A DNA stretch of 63,913 nt, counting the filler, from Reticulomyxa filosa (taxonomy: Eukaryota > Protista > Foraminifera): the NCBI GenBank assembly GCA_000512085.1. It is 19 parts of 19 records of this genome, joined end to end, with 100 filler letters (N's around TTAATTAATTAA, not from the genome) between each part and the next. Parts side by side here need not be neighbours in the genome. Positions count along the whole stretch, not along the records: positions 1 to 1,988 come from ASPP01020822.1; positions 2,089 to 3,966 come from ASPP01007504.1; positions 4,067 to 6,242 come from ASPP01022886.1; positions 6,343 to 10,172 come from ASPP01001597.1; positions 10,273 to 19,544 come from ASPP01017957.1; 14 more parts are not named here. One strand, given 5' to 3'. How positions within the stretch are numbered: the first letter of the stretch is position 1; every line of letters begins with the position of its first letter. This document shows, in pieces, positions 1 through 12,481 of the stretch. A program made the translations under genes and the position numbers. The notes under the pieces were generated by a model. That model saw only the letters and a list, made by a program, of their open reading frames with translations. It was not told the DNA's origin and made no database searches.

Positions 1-44
<44 letters not shown>

Positions 45-60
45 GTATATATATTTATAT
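1..60. repeat. (AT)n microsatellite in an intron at the contig start
   Basis: Near-pure AT dinucleotide run followed by an AG acceptor at 75-76. Confidence 0.9.
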
Positions 61-76
61 ATTTTGCATTGTAAAG

Positions 77-1938
77 CGTCCATTTCCTCAATTCGATATT
101 AATCAATTGTGCGAATGGATCCGAGAAAACGAAACCACATTGCTAAAGGATTTAAGACTGTTCAACTTGGAAGCGTACTTGCGTCGTTTTTTTGATCAAA
201 AGATTGATGGACAACGAATAGACAATGACAAATGGACGGAGAAAAATTTGCTGAGCGCGTTGTTTGTGAAGGAGAAGTCACAGACGATTGACTACAAGGA
301 CCGAACGGTGACCACTCGTTTATGGACGCTCGTCCAATCGCGGAAAAAAAGAGTATTGGAATTGCAAAAGAAGTTCCCACTGATCAATCAGCACTTTAGC
401 ATTGCCATTATTAAAGATATCCTCAAACAAGTCCAACAGAAGTGGGATGTGGCCAAGAGGCAGTTGCAAGAGCGTACGATGACAGGCACCCAAATCGCGA
501 CGGAGTTGGAATGGATTGCCAAACGATCGCAAGACGATATCAAACGCCAAGTTCGACTGATGTATGAACCCCACAGCAAAGACCCCGATCACTTGAAATT
601 GTCCGAGTATGAGCAAAGGGACTTTGTCATTGGGATGCCCAAAAATCCGGAGCCTGAACAATCCGAATTGGAGACCTTGCGAAGACTGCTGAAAGAGTTG
701 GAATTTTCAATGCCACCTTTATTGACCGGCACTGGTCTGTTGGACCCCGTCGATTTAATCGCCTCTGTCAAGAATGAAATAATCAACCTTGTCACAACCA
801 AACAGTACGTTATGATCACTGTGAACGATATTCAATGGCTCAATATCGTCCATCGTTGTGGCATTTCCAAACAGATGGCCAATTGGGCAAAATTCGTATC
901 CTTCAAAACCCTTTTCCATTCCGGCACTTTGACGAGATTTCAATCCTATCAAACTATCGCTTACGATTTGAGGCAAGTGTTTGACTGCTTTCAAAACCAA
1001 CAAGTTTTGGCTTCCATTCGAAGCGTTATTGCCACATTCAGTTTAATCTACAAGCAAAAGAACAAATTGTCCACTTCATGGGAAAAATACGAATGGACCC
1101 TTTTGAAATCCTTTGACAATGTCGAAATGAAAAAAATTCTTGAATTTTGGCGTGACAATAAGTTACATGAGATTTATACACATATATACATATATATATA
1201 TATGTATATATATGCAAATATTTATTGCATTACTTTTAATCTAAAACGTATATTTACATACGTATACGTACACAAATACATCCAAGATACCGTTTTGTAA
1301 ATTTTCCAAGCGTTGCATTACATTGGCTCGAATTAGTGCAAAACAGCGAAAATATAATTTTAAAGTGTTTCAATTCGTTCAAGAATGACAAGGAATTCCA
1401 TGAGTTTTTATTTCAATTTGCGGAAGACGATCCAGTGCAACGACTGCGTGCCGATTGCTTGAAGCACGTGCGCAGCTTCGTTGTCAAGTTTTGTTCAAAC
1501 GAATTTGCAAGCGTTGCGGATATGCTAAAGAAGATGATAGAAATAATGCAAAACGATATCACCGCTGAAATTTTGGACCATTTCCAAGTGGTTCATTCCT
1601 CGTGGCACTTCATTTTGGCTGCGGCCAAAGATCCTCAAGTTAAACAAACAAACAGACAAAAACTTGTTACAGCTCAATTTTCAAGGGAGGGGTTGTTGTT
1701 GTGGTTGTTTTTCCCCCGTTCACTTGCAAGGGGTCGACTCACGAACAAGACCGAGAATTTCTGGAACAATTGACGGCCATCGAATTTGGACCTGAAGATA
1801 CACACAACCATGAAAACTATCTGCGATATATCGGGTTTAAACGATTAGACACGCAACACGACGAGAAAAAGGAAAAAGTTGAAATGTCTCAAGACGATTT
1901 CGAACAACTTATGGCAAGACTTCTCATTTTTATTACAG
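77..1938 (+). CDS. Internal exons of a large hypothetical eukaryotic protein (partial at both ends)
   Basis: Long ORFs 107-1300, 1336-1773 and 1701-2036 can be joined by AT-rich GT-AG introns (~1161-1285, ~1639-1672). No family recognised. Confidence 0.65.
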
Positions 1939-1988
1939 GTTTTTTTTTTAAATTAAAAAAAAACCTATTCAAAGTTTGTTTGCATATG

Positions 1989-2088
1989 NNNNNNNNNNNN
2001 NNNNNNNNNNNNNNNNNNNNNNNNNNNNNNNNTTAATTAATTAANNNNNNNNNNNNNNNNNNNNNNNNNNNNNNNNNNNNNNNNNNNN
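1989..2088. other. Artificial contig linker N44-TTAATTAATTAA-N44 (first of 18)
   Basis: Identical 100-bp spacers start at 1989, 3967, 6243, 10173, 19545, 20768, 36577, 39497, 41623, 42966, 44872, 48260, 51006, 53075, 54403, 57378, 60411 and 62761. The core gives stop codons in all six frames. Confidence 0.99.
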
Positions 2089-2669
2089 TCAAACAACAAT
2101 GCTGGTCGACATGCATCGCTGCGTGCCGCATAGAGCCACGATCTACACACCAACTCCACACATTGCGATATGCTCTCGTAGTCCAAATAATTCAAACAGC
2201 GCACAAACATGTCCCTTGACAGACTCCCCAAAGCTGGCAATTCTTTGTTTGGTTTTTTTTTTTGGTATGGTTTTACATAATTCATTCATTCATTACGCTC
2301 TCATTTTTCAAACGCAAACACTCACACTGTTGTCACTTTCAAAGCAAAAATACCAGAACAGAACATTGTTGACGTTCTCAGCATCGTACGCAGCGTCGAG
2401 CTGTGCGACTCTCGCGAAATATCTTGTATACCCTTCAAACGATCGATTGTATATCGCACAAGATACTTCTTCAGGTCTTTGTCGCCATAAAGGTGTCGCA
2501 CACAGCTCACTAGTGTGTCTACGTCGGCGCTGCAAATGTCGCCAATCAACTCTATCTTCTTTAGAAATGGATTTGAAGGAAACGACATTGAATTCTCTGC
2601 TATTTGCTCCCAGTTAAGGCATAATATATAAAAGCCAAAGTTCAAAACCGGAGCAATATGACCATATAT
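2089..2669 (-). CDS. F-box domain protein (partial, spliced)
   Basis: Exon 'LPALGSLSRDMFVRCLNYLDYESISQCVELVCRSWLYAA' matches the F-box pattern (L..L..e+...if.yL....l.....VCr.W). The upstream exon (ORF 2322-2645) is joined by a GTGAGT...AAAG intron. Confidence 0.65.
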
Positions 2670-3065
2670 CTGGGGGGAAAAAAAAGCGTCAAACTTTTAA
2701 AAGAAAAAGATCGCTTTACTTATCCGCGGTTGTATCGCGCTCACTTTGTGCTGCGTCCATGATTCAAGTAAAGGTAATGTACTGTGCAGTGCACTTTATG
2801 CCGCGGTTTTCAGTGCCATGCAAGTCCAAGATGTCAAATCTCAGTATCAAAGAAAAAAAGATATGTTTTGTTTTACAATATAACCAAAAGTACCTTTTTT
2901 AAAATTATCTCTTGGACCCCAGGATAAGTCATGAAAAAGTAAGATTATCAACGTGATCAAGTATTTTTTGTTGTCTTAGACTACAAATTGAAAGAAAGTG
3001 CGAGACTACACAGCAACTTCAACTGTTGGCCCCTCCTCCACAATTTTTGAAAATAATAATCCGGC

Positions 3066-3927
3066 ATGTCAAGTGAGAAGACTGTCTTTGCCTCAACTTC
3101 CAATCTCGGCACACTTTATGATTATCCTCTGATTGACGAGGCATCGGACATATTATCAGCATCTTCCAGGACGTCTTCATATGTTCAAGTTGCCAGTGTA
3201 AAAGGGAGACAGTGTCAAGTTTTGAAAACGACGTCAACCCCAGTGCAAAGAACGAGAAGCATGAAGAGAATGTCGGAGACAACGTTGAGAAAGTACCGAA
3301 AGAGAAATCCGACGCGACAAAGAAAGAAGAAGCAGCAGCAGATAAAGACGTTCTAAACTACGTGTTGCCAGGTGTATTTGTTCGATTAGGCGAGCAATCT
3401 TCGGACGCGTTTGAAAGTGAAGATAGTTACTTGGCATATTTGGAAGCATTATTTTTTCTACGCTTTTTAATTTACGATTGCAAGCAGCTGCACTCCAGTC
3501 TTTTTTACACGTAAGCGAAATGTGTTTGTTTTGTGTGAATGTGTAGATCTGTTCTCTTGTGTATGAAATGTGATTGCAGCACAAAGTAAATGAGACATAA
3601 ACAAACAGAAGCCTCAGTGCGTCCGGTTTGAAGAGTAAATTGCCATTGTTGCAACAAGCCTTTGATCAATTGGAGCAATTGTATGTCGAGCTTTATCGAA
3701 AAACTGATAAAAAATTGACCGCTTATCAAACGAAGGTTTTTTTTTTTTTTTTTTTTTGTTAAAAAAAGTCGTATGTATACGTATAGTTTTTTTTTTTTTT
3801 TTGCATGGATTAAAAATGTAATAATAACAGCACAATAAACTACCACGAATTGAGCGATTGATACAAAAGCTAAAATTGACTGACAAAGAATCAGATGGAT
3901 TCCGTTATCTTTGGGCGATAAGTGCTG
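3066..3927 (+). CDS. Hypothetical protein N-terminus, possibly the winged-helix-like N-terminal region of an AAA+ ATPase (partial)
   Basis: Spliced exons give 'FESEDSYLAYLEALFFLR', 'KLPLLQQAFDQLEQLY' and 'LPRIERLIQKLKLTDKE'. One frame change near 3200. No Walker motifs before the contig ends. Confidence 0.4.
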
Positions 3928-4066
3928 GTACCTTGTTTCCTCTTTACAAGTTAAAAAAAAAAAAAANNNNNNNNNNNNNNNNNNNNNNNNNNNNNNNNNN
4001 NNNNNNNNNNTTAATTAATTAANNNNNNNNNNNNNNNNNNNNNNNNNNNNNNNNNNNNNNNNNNNN

Positions 4067-4519
4067 AAGAAATTGCAATTTTCATTGGACATACTTTGGA
4101 ATGTAAAAAAATCAAAAATCAATCAACTTCATGAAATTATTAAAAAAAATAAAATTGATGGAATGTTATTATCAAAATTATCAAAAACTGATTTGATGAA
4201 TATATTTAATTTTAAAATGCTTTGTCAAGCTTGTAATATTTATGACTCATTCAATGAAATTTGCAAGAAATATCCAATGAATATGACTGACTTTGATAAA
4301 GATGCTATTCCAAAAGAGTATTTATGTCCATTATCCAAGTCAATTATGAATGATCCTGTGATTGCTTTGAATGGAATAACATATGATCGATCATCAATTA
4401 TGAACCAATATCAAAGTATTCCAAATTATTCTTCTTTATTCATTGATGAAAATTTACGACTTTATCCTGATTATGGTTTGAGACAAAATATTCAAAATTT
4501 TTTGAAAAACTCAAAATGA
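4067..4519 (+). CDS. SAM-like plus U-box protein C-terminus (putative E3 ubiquitin ligase, 5' partial)
   Basis: 'IPKEYLCPLSKSIMNDPVIALNGITYDRSSI...LYPDYGLRQNI' is a U-box. 'KNKIDGMLLSKLSKTDL' is SAM-like. Confidence 0.85.
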   Translation, partial: KKLQFSLDILWNVKKSKINQLHEIIKKNKIDGMLLSKLSKTDLMNIFNFKMLCQACNIYDSFNEICKKYPMNMTDFDKDAIPKEYLCPLSKSIMNDPVIALNGITYDRSSIMNQYQSIPNYSSLFIDENLRLYPDYGLRQNIQNFLKNSK

Positions 4520-4944
4520 TGTTTTATCATTTGTGTGTATGCGAAATTTTTACTTTTTTAAAAAAGATTTATAACAAATCATTTAAGTACATTTCAAGTT
4601 TTGTCTCAGATTGAATAAACATTTTTTTTTAGAGACGGCTGACGTATTTAACCTCCAAGCTAAACAAAACAAAAAAAAGGGAACAAAAAAAGAAGCAAAC
4701 CGTCAAGCTTTAATATATTGCTTCATAAAAATAAAACAGGAAAGGAAATAAATTTTTCAATTATACAATTCTACGATAATTGTGTTATGATTAAATAAGT
4801 GAATAAAATTGATAGAAAGTGCGTAATCAGGTCATTGCAAGCTGTGATTGTCGTGGCCAACATGCAAAGCCTTTAACTTTCAAAACCAATGAAATAAGGA
4901 TACGCTCACCCACATCGAGATGTTATGATCCAACCATGCAAAAA

Positions 4945-6242
4945 AAAATAAATTCATTTAATCAATTCGTCATCATATTAACTTTTTTCAAAAAGTTATA
5001 TTTCGAAGGCGAAAAACGTTTGAACGCAAGATCATTCGTAATCTAAGTGGCTTTGAAAGAAATTTTGGAATCGAGAAATTAAAGATTTCGTGATCAAGAA
5101 ATTTGACAAGATTGAGAAAAAGTAAATAAAATTCAGAAGAAACCTTTTATTACTTAAAAAATTTTTTTATAGTAGTTGGATTTTGTAATATTGTTTGTTA
5201 CTTTTGGCAACATTTTTTTGGTTGCAATTCATTTTCGGGGGGTGTCGTCGGCTCAGCATCCAGTGTGTTGTGTGACTTTGAGGGTGGCAGTGCTTTTAAA
5301 ACTGCAACTATCTTGACATCAGTTACTTTAAGAGTAACGATATGCAAATTCCTGGTAACTGTGATAGTAACCCTTTTATTGGAAATATGCAGCTTGCGAG
5401 AGAAGGTCGAACCATGCTTGCATTTAGAGTGTTAGACGTCTTTGAGAAATTGGTAATATCGAAGCAAATACTAGGTTTTTGTGATTGGTAGAACTCCGAT
5501 GGTCGGGTAACTTCTACTGAACTCGGGCAAAACCGAAACACACTATCTGATAACAAGGCTTGTGAATTCGATCAGGGAATCGTTTAACTTTTGCATTTGA
5601 TATCCATAATCTTCCAATATCCTTGATTTCATTATCACTTTCGCGAGTTGATGCACTAATACTTTTCTGGACAATCCAAGGAACTTGAGCATCGATGATG
5701 TTGATTTAAATTCTTTGGACTTGATTAGAGTGACGAGGCTGTTCGTTTGTTACAATTTGTGTCGACGTCCACATCATTGCTAGATGTCATTTTGGATTGT
5801 CGTTAGTGATTTTTTGGATAGACATATCAATACTATACCTAATCCCATTTCCAACGCCACCATGCATACTGGCATTGATAGTTCACTAGTGACAGACATA
5901 TTCGGAAATACCTTAGCATTGATTTAAAAAAAAAATTAATATTTATCCAGTTAATCATTAATATTAACTTTTCTTAAAAAGTTGTATTTTGAAAGAGATT
6001 GCAGTTGGAAGTGTCAAGATACTTCGACATCTCTTAAGTTTTGAAGGAGATTTTGAAAGTCAAGTAAAGTATTTCAAACGTTATCAGTCCAAGAAAGTTC
6101 TGGACCAAGAAAAAAAGAAAGAAAATTTTAACTAGAAAATTTTTAACTAGTAAATTTTTTTTATAGTGATATAAAAATTTTTTATAGTAGTTGGATTTTG
6201 GCTGGAGTGTGACTGTAAACTATTTTGTTACCCTTTGACAAC
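4945..6242 (+). repeat. Two diverged head-to-tail copies (~1 kb apart) of a dispersed repeat family
   Basis: 4945-5215 aligns by eye with 5925-6242 (e.g. 'atattaactttt..aaaaagtt.tattt', 'aaaaatttttttatagtagttggattttg'). Both match the reverse complement of 54503-55020. Confidence 0.8.
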
Positions 6243-6342
6243 NNNNNNNNNNNNNNNNNNNNNNNNNNNNNNNNNNNNNNNNNNNNTTAATTAATTAANN
6301 NNNNNNNNNNNNNNNNNNNNNNNNNNNNNNNNNNNNNNNNNN

Positions 6343-6970
6343 ATTACATGTTTTCAATGGACATAAAGAAGATATTGAGTGTTTAGATATTTCACCATTA
6401 CAAAGCAATAACAACAATAGTGATAAAAGCAATATTATTGGTGTGATTGGTGGCAATGGATATACAATTTGTTCTGGATTGTGGGATGGTGAAATTTGTA
6501 TATATGATATTGAAACAACCAAAAAATTCATTACTTTCGAAGGACACAAAGATCCAGTGTTCAGTGTAAAATATGGATCAAATGAATTATTAAATACAAT
6601 ATTATCTGGATCACATGATAAAAGTGTTCGTTTGTGGGATATTCGATCTGGTCAACAAATTCAGGTATTCAGTGGACATAAAGATACTGTATATGCTGTT
6701 GAATATTCACCATTTGTAGTAAATAATATTGAAGTTGGTGGTTGTTCAAATGTGATATGTTCTGCATCAGAAGATAATACAATCCGTTTTTGGGACAGTC
6801 GATCAAATAAGAATGAATTGTATATTATCAAAGAAAATGATGAAGAAAATGGAATATTCTGCCTTAAATTCATACAATTAAAAAATAATAAAAAAAACAA
6901 TAATAATTGTTGTAGTGGTGTTAATCTGTGTTATGGTTTAAACAGTGGTTTAATTCATGTTTGGGGATAG
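6343..6970 (+). CDS. WD40-repeat protein, C-terminal part (5' partial)
   Basis: GH...WD repeats: 'FEGHKDPVFSV', 'SGSHDKSVRLWD', 'SASEDNTIRFWD'. Paralog of 7559-8979. Confidence 0.95.
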
Positions 6971-7558
6971 TGTTGATTCTTCAACAAAGTTAATTGATAG
7001 ATGAAAATAAATTTTTTGATTAAAAGCTTAATCAGAAATTATTTTTTTTATTTTCAGTTAATTATGAAACAAATACTTAAGTAAATTGACAAAAATAAAA
7101 GTGATAGATTTGTCAAAAGTGGAAATTAACCACAAACATATTTACATCAAAAACATCTTCTAAACGCGATTTATAATCTTTCCATTGGCTGTATTGCAAT
7201 TACTCTTATTAGACACAAAGCTCTTACATTCTTGATCACGAAACCACGCCAAAATTGATTGAATGTTTTACACAAACTTAAATACATACAATGGCCTTCA
7301 TGACTAACTACCAAACTTATTTCGCAATATTCATTTGATGTCATTGATTTCAAATTTACAACTCCAATCATCGATTAATTATGTGATTTGCTTTTTTTGC
7401 TATCTCTTTATTTTATTTTCTTTTTTAAGTTGTGTTACTTTTATTTGTATATTATTGTAAATTCTTCCTTACGTTGTTAAAGTAACCCCTTTATTAAGAT
7501 TGAAAAAAGTTCAATTATATTTCATCTTATATCATCTAAGAAAATCTTTAAAAAGAGA

Positions 7559-8979
7559 ATGATAACTTTTGAAAAGGAAAAAGGAGCTCCAATACAACAA
7601 GAATTGGTAAGCGTCATTTCAATCTTTCTGAAGCACTTATTTTCTTTAGATTTTGTTGTACTTATTGTATGTGACTTATGATAACCAGCCAGAAGAAGAA
7701 GAGATTCAAATAATCATTCAATATTGGGTTCGTATATTAAATATTAGATTAGGATGGATTAATGACTTTGACAAACTTGTCGCCAAATATGTTATGTTTC
7801 TTTGTTAATTTATTTTTCATTTGAATGTTAATTAATAAGTTTAAATATATATATATTTACAATTACAATTTGACATAGGCAAGTAAATTCTTCATATTTG
7901 AGACATTTCGTTCATCATCAAAATTACTCAAAACATTTACTGGACATGCTTCCACTGTAAGAAGCCTTGATTATTCAACATTTAATAGCGGTCAGTATAT
8001 TTGTTCTGGATCAGAAGACAAAACAGTTCGTGTATGGAATGTTGAAAGCAACAAACAGATTCTATCATTTAATGGACATTCAGATTATGTGTTTTGTGTA
8101 AAATTTTCACAATATCACCATCACAATCATCGTCGCAATGTGATTTGTTCTTCATCATGGGACAATACCATTCGTTTTTGGGATATTAAAGATAATCAAC
8201 AATTTCAAATATTCAATGAGCACACTGATAGTGTCAATGGTATTGAATTCTCACCATTTAATGGTGGTAGATATTTGTGTTCTGGATCTGATGATAAAAC
8301 TATTTGTTTATGGGATGTTGAAACATACAAATCATTGCGTACTTTCAATGGACATAATAGTTGGATTTGGTGTGTAGATATTTCACCATTACAAAGCAAT
8401 AACAATCATGGTGATAAAAGTAACAGTATTGGTGTGATTGGTGGTAATGGATATACCATTTGTTCTGGATCAGAAGATAAAACCATTCGTTTATGGGATA
8501 TTGAAACAGCCAATCAATTAATCGTAATCAAAGGGCATGAAGATACAGTAAAGAGTGTAAAATATGGATCAAATGAATTAGGAATTAGTGGTGGTGCGAA
8601 TACAATATTATCTGGATCAGAAGATTACAGTGTTCGTTTGTGGGATACTCGATCTGGTCAACAAATTCAAGTGTTCAGTGAACATAAAGATACTGTATAT
8701 GCTGTTGAATATTCGCCATTTATTGTAAATAATAATGAAATTGGCATTAATTCGAATGTAATATGCTCTGTATCCGCAGATAATACAATTCGATTTTGGG
8801 ATATTCGATCGAATAAAGATGATTTACATGTTATCCACGGAAACGAAAAAGAAGATTTTGGAATATTCTGTCTTAAATTTCTACAATTAAAAAAGAACAG
8901 AAAAAGCAATTGTAATTGGAGTTATGATATTAATCTGTGTTATGGTTCACAAAAAGGTCATATTCATATTTTGGGATAG
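7559..8979 (+). CDS. WD40-repeat protein (3 exons: 7559-7606, 7689-7790, 7879-8979)
   Basis: ATG at 7559 and two phase-0 GT-AG introns. Exon 3 is in frame with ORF 8089-8979 and carries about 7 WD repeats. Exon 2 encodes PEEEEIQIIIQYWVRILNIRLGWINDFDKLVAKY. Confidence 0.93.
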
Positions 8980-9255
8980 TATTTTTTTCCAACATAAAAA
9001 ATATGTTCGAGTGATTCGATACATTGCAGTACACAGATATAAAAAGTAAAATGAACAAAAAAACAAGAACAGTTCAACTCTTCTTTTTTACTTTTTTTTG
9101 CTAATTTTGTTATGTTCTGTCATGCAAATCTCTTCTTTTCTAATATGATATTTTCAATCGTGCATTCTTGCAACTCTGTGCACAGTTTTTTTCCATATAA
9201 TCATTTTCAAACCAAAAACTACTTGATAAAGCTCCTCAACATTAACATCATAGGT

Positions 9256-9455
9256 AGTCAAAGCAATCCTTTTCCAACTTTGAAGGATTTGCTCATTTCA
9301 CTTTCTTAATCTCAATGCCTACTACACAAAATAAATCATTTGTGACGTTATGTTTATCATACACTCAAAAAGGAATACAAATTTGTGAGTATCCAAGTGA
9401 TGTGGAATTAGATGAATAATAACAATAGTAAAGACAGTAATGAAATCACTTTACA
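9256..9455 (+). pseudogene. Decayed Kelch-like gene fragment (paralog of 55634-56816)
   Basis: 'PFPTLKDLLISLS*SQCLLHK', 'YHTLKK..ICEYPSDVEL' and 'NNSKDSNEITL' match 'TFQTLKELPTTLSETRCVIHK', 'YHTIKNEYKFICEYPSHVQL' and 'NNKDRNQITL'. Stops and deletions are present. Confidence 0.75.
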
Positions 9456-10272
9456 CATATGAAAAAAGAAAATGAACAATTTGATTGCAAATGGAAGCAT
9501 GAATTTAAATCGAGAGGTTATATACAGTTTATCTCCAAAATTACAAAAGGATGTTTGTAAAAACACTAAGAAATACTATGTATTGAGATGGATTATTTGT
9601 TGGCATGGAGAGAATGGAAAAATACGTTGTCGTTAGATGGGTCATCAAAAATTTGCTGATTTTGAGAAAACTTAAAAACGTTATCCAAATTGTTTCTGCG
9701 CATTTCCTATGAATATCTGTCACGTCTACTAAACCACAATTGCAAACTTTGTTTCAATTTTTTTGTTTTTGAATTATACGCTCTCATTATAACTTGGGTC
9801 AGTACGACCTCTATCTTACATGATTTGTAGGTTTGCTGTTTTTGCATATCTTCAATAGCAGCATAAAAAAAAAGCATACTTCAACAAGTTCGTTAAATCT
9901 CTTTTTTTTAACAATTTTTTTTAAAATAATAACATTATGCAGAATATCAACACTGTTCAGAAATGATCTACTTACTTTTTTTTCTATAATCAAAATTTTC
10001 ATAGTTTACAGGAAATTTCACTTTATTCATTAAAATATAATGATATTATCGTTTGTTGTGACAACAAAGAAAAAGAAGTCTTTACTAAGGATTTTCACTA
10101 AGTGGAGACATAATCAATAAGTTAGTTTCGTTGCATGTGATAATTCTTTCGATCTTGTTAACAAAGCAAAGANNNNNNNNNNNNNNNNNNNNNNNNNNNN
10201 NNNNNNNNNNNNNNNNTTAATTAATTAANNNNNNNNNNNNNNNNNNNNNNNNNNNNNNNNNNNNNNNNNNNN

Positions 10273-11622
10273 TAAAAAAAAAATAAATAATAATAATAAT
10301 AAAAACAGTAGCAGAACTGACTCTTATCAAAGTCCCAGTCGCACAAATATTGATCTTGATATTTCGAGCCAGAATACAGCATAACATATTGAAACGACGA
10401 TTGATCGTCGCCACTGCTCACACGGGGCTTCAAAGAGTATCTTCCATTTTGGGCATAAATAGTAAAGTAGTCAAAGTTGGACTGACCGTTGCTATGCATA
10501 TGACAGTAGCTTTTCCAGTTTGTGGGACAAATCAGATCCACCTTGCTGTCTATATCTTGGCTGTCCAATTCATAGCTGTTCTTGCCATCGCATTCTATCG
10601 TCACATTGTTGTTTGCCGCCGAGGCATTCACAGTGGTATGAAGACAAGCTTCTTCGCCTACACAAAAAAAAAAAAAAGAGATCATCACAGGCAATCGACG
10701 CGTTTAATCCATCAGTTTTGTTTTGGGTTTTGACGTATACAGTTATTTTTTTCGTATGATTGAGGAATGTGTCCAATGCCATAGTAGTTATTACGTATAC
10801 ATTACATATTTATACATATATATAAATATGTATATTTATATATATGTATAAATATGTATATTTATATATATGTATAAATATACATATGTTATATACACAA
10901 ACCCGAACACTGAAGCAAAAATTTAGTCACGTTTTGCCGAACCTCCACAGTGCTTGATGCAAATACGTAATACACGTCAGACGAGGAACGAATTGCCTTT
11001 AACGCAAAATCATTGACATTTGACACTTTCCAATTGCTGCTGGTGCAACCTCCATCACCTATTGTGTACGTAAATACATATTAACGATCTTATACAATAT
11101 ACACACATACACAATCTCAAAAAAATATAAATATAAATATAAACCTTGGCAAGTCATGGTCACATTCTCAACGAAATTGAATGAGAAATCTAAATTCTCA
11201 CATGTAAATACTTGACTATGACATACAATATCTGCCACCTCAACGGAGGCAATATCAAATTGGCTGTCGTAACACGCGTTAGTGGCATAACAATCCATTT
11301 GGATCAGTCCGATTGATTGCAAGTGCATCTTCATACCACTGCACGCTCCTTCGTATCCGCAGTAAATCTTCAGAATGGTGATATCTGACGCGTACAACTC
11401 ACTGTTCTCACAGTCGTATGCTGTACTGTCACAACGGATTTCAACCGTATTTGCATCTTTTATCGTCACACTGTTCGATTGTAAACAACCTCCTCGGACC
11501 ACGTAGCCGTTGTTCCGATCTTCTTTGTAACCCGAGTCACACCCTTCAATTGTTCTTCCAAGAGCCAAGAACAATTTTGCCACGAGCAAAAATAGAAGGA
11601 GAGATAATTTATTCGACATCAT
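10273..11622 (-). CDS. Secreted/surface cysteine-repeat protein (spliced, 3' partial)
   Basis: Signal peptide 'MMSNKLSLLLFLLVAKLFLALG' followed by ~23-aa repeats with paired Cys ('LKIYCGYEGACSGMKMH', 'IQMDCYATNACYDSQFDI', 'DIVCHSQVFTCENLDF'). The repeats continue in exon ~10310-10660. Confidence 0.75.
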
Positions 11623-11863
11623 ATCACTTCAACAAAAACCTAATTAATTATTAGTCCCATTCAATTAACCAGAAGGAGCACACACACGGCTTTTGAACTG
11701 CTTGTCACATAATTTGTATTATGTGGAAGGTTTTTTTGAAAAAATCACCGATTGAAAATGGAGAGCAAAGCAGAACTTACTTTAGATGATTGTAATGTCG
11801 ATCGAGATGAAAAACATCGTAAAAAACTTTGTGTCAAGGGGTCAACAAAAAAAAAAAAAAAAA

Positions 11864-12450
11864 ATGCTAGCTGATGCTCGTCATGACCCTCCTGCAACAA
11901 AACAAATGGCGGGTAGTTCTCCCACTGGTTCAGAGAGCGAAGAGGGCTCTCAATTGTCGATATTAAGTGACTTGGACGTGGTATTGGCTCCGTTGCTCAA
12001 TGAACCGAACCTGGCAAGCTCAGTGTTGACCTCAAGTCCGTCCGCATCTCCCCGAAGTGGGAAAATGGATAAAAAGCAGGTTGGAGAAGCGGAAGCAGCG
12101 GAAAAAGGGAGCAAAGAAGGGACAGAAACGCTAGTGGCGATGACGAGACGATTGGAAGAACTAACAATAGTGGAGCAAACATTTGAGCAACAAATGAACA
12201 TATTGCAGCACAACAGTAAAGAATGTGTGCAGCATATCGAAAAGGAATTTTCCACGTTATTCGAAGAATTGAATGAGCGAAAGCAAATGCTACTCGACAA
12301 TGTCAATTGCACTACAAAATATAAAATGGATACTTTGAAAGAGCAATACAATGCACTTCATCATTACAAAATGAATTTGAATCAAGTCTTTTTGTGATCC
12401 ATTTCATTTTTATTTACATACGTATATATACGTATACATATATGCATATA

Positions 12451-12481
<31 letters not shown>

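Noticed and set aside
2033-2044. Recurring TTAATTAATTAA palindrome as a biological repeat or CRISPR-like unit
   Set aside because: Always centred in exactly 44+44 Ns; it is an artificial concatenation linker.
3196-3212. 17-nt GT..AG micro-intron that would fix a frame change
   Set aside because: Far shorter than the other introns here; a sequencing indel is simpler.
7171-7371. Small minus-strand ORF between the WD40 genes
   Set aside because: Only faint similarity to the Kelch-like family (NEY..GHC); at most a very old relic, not supportable as a gene.
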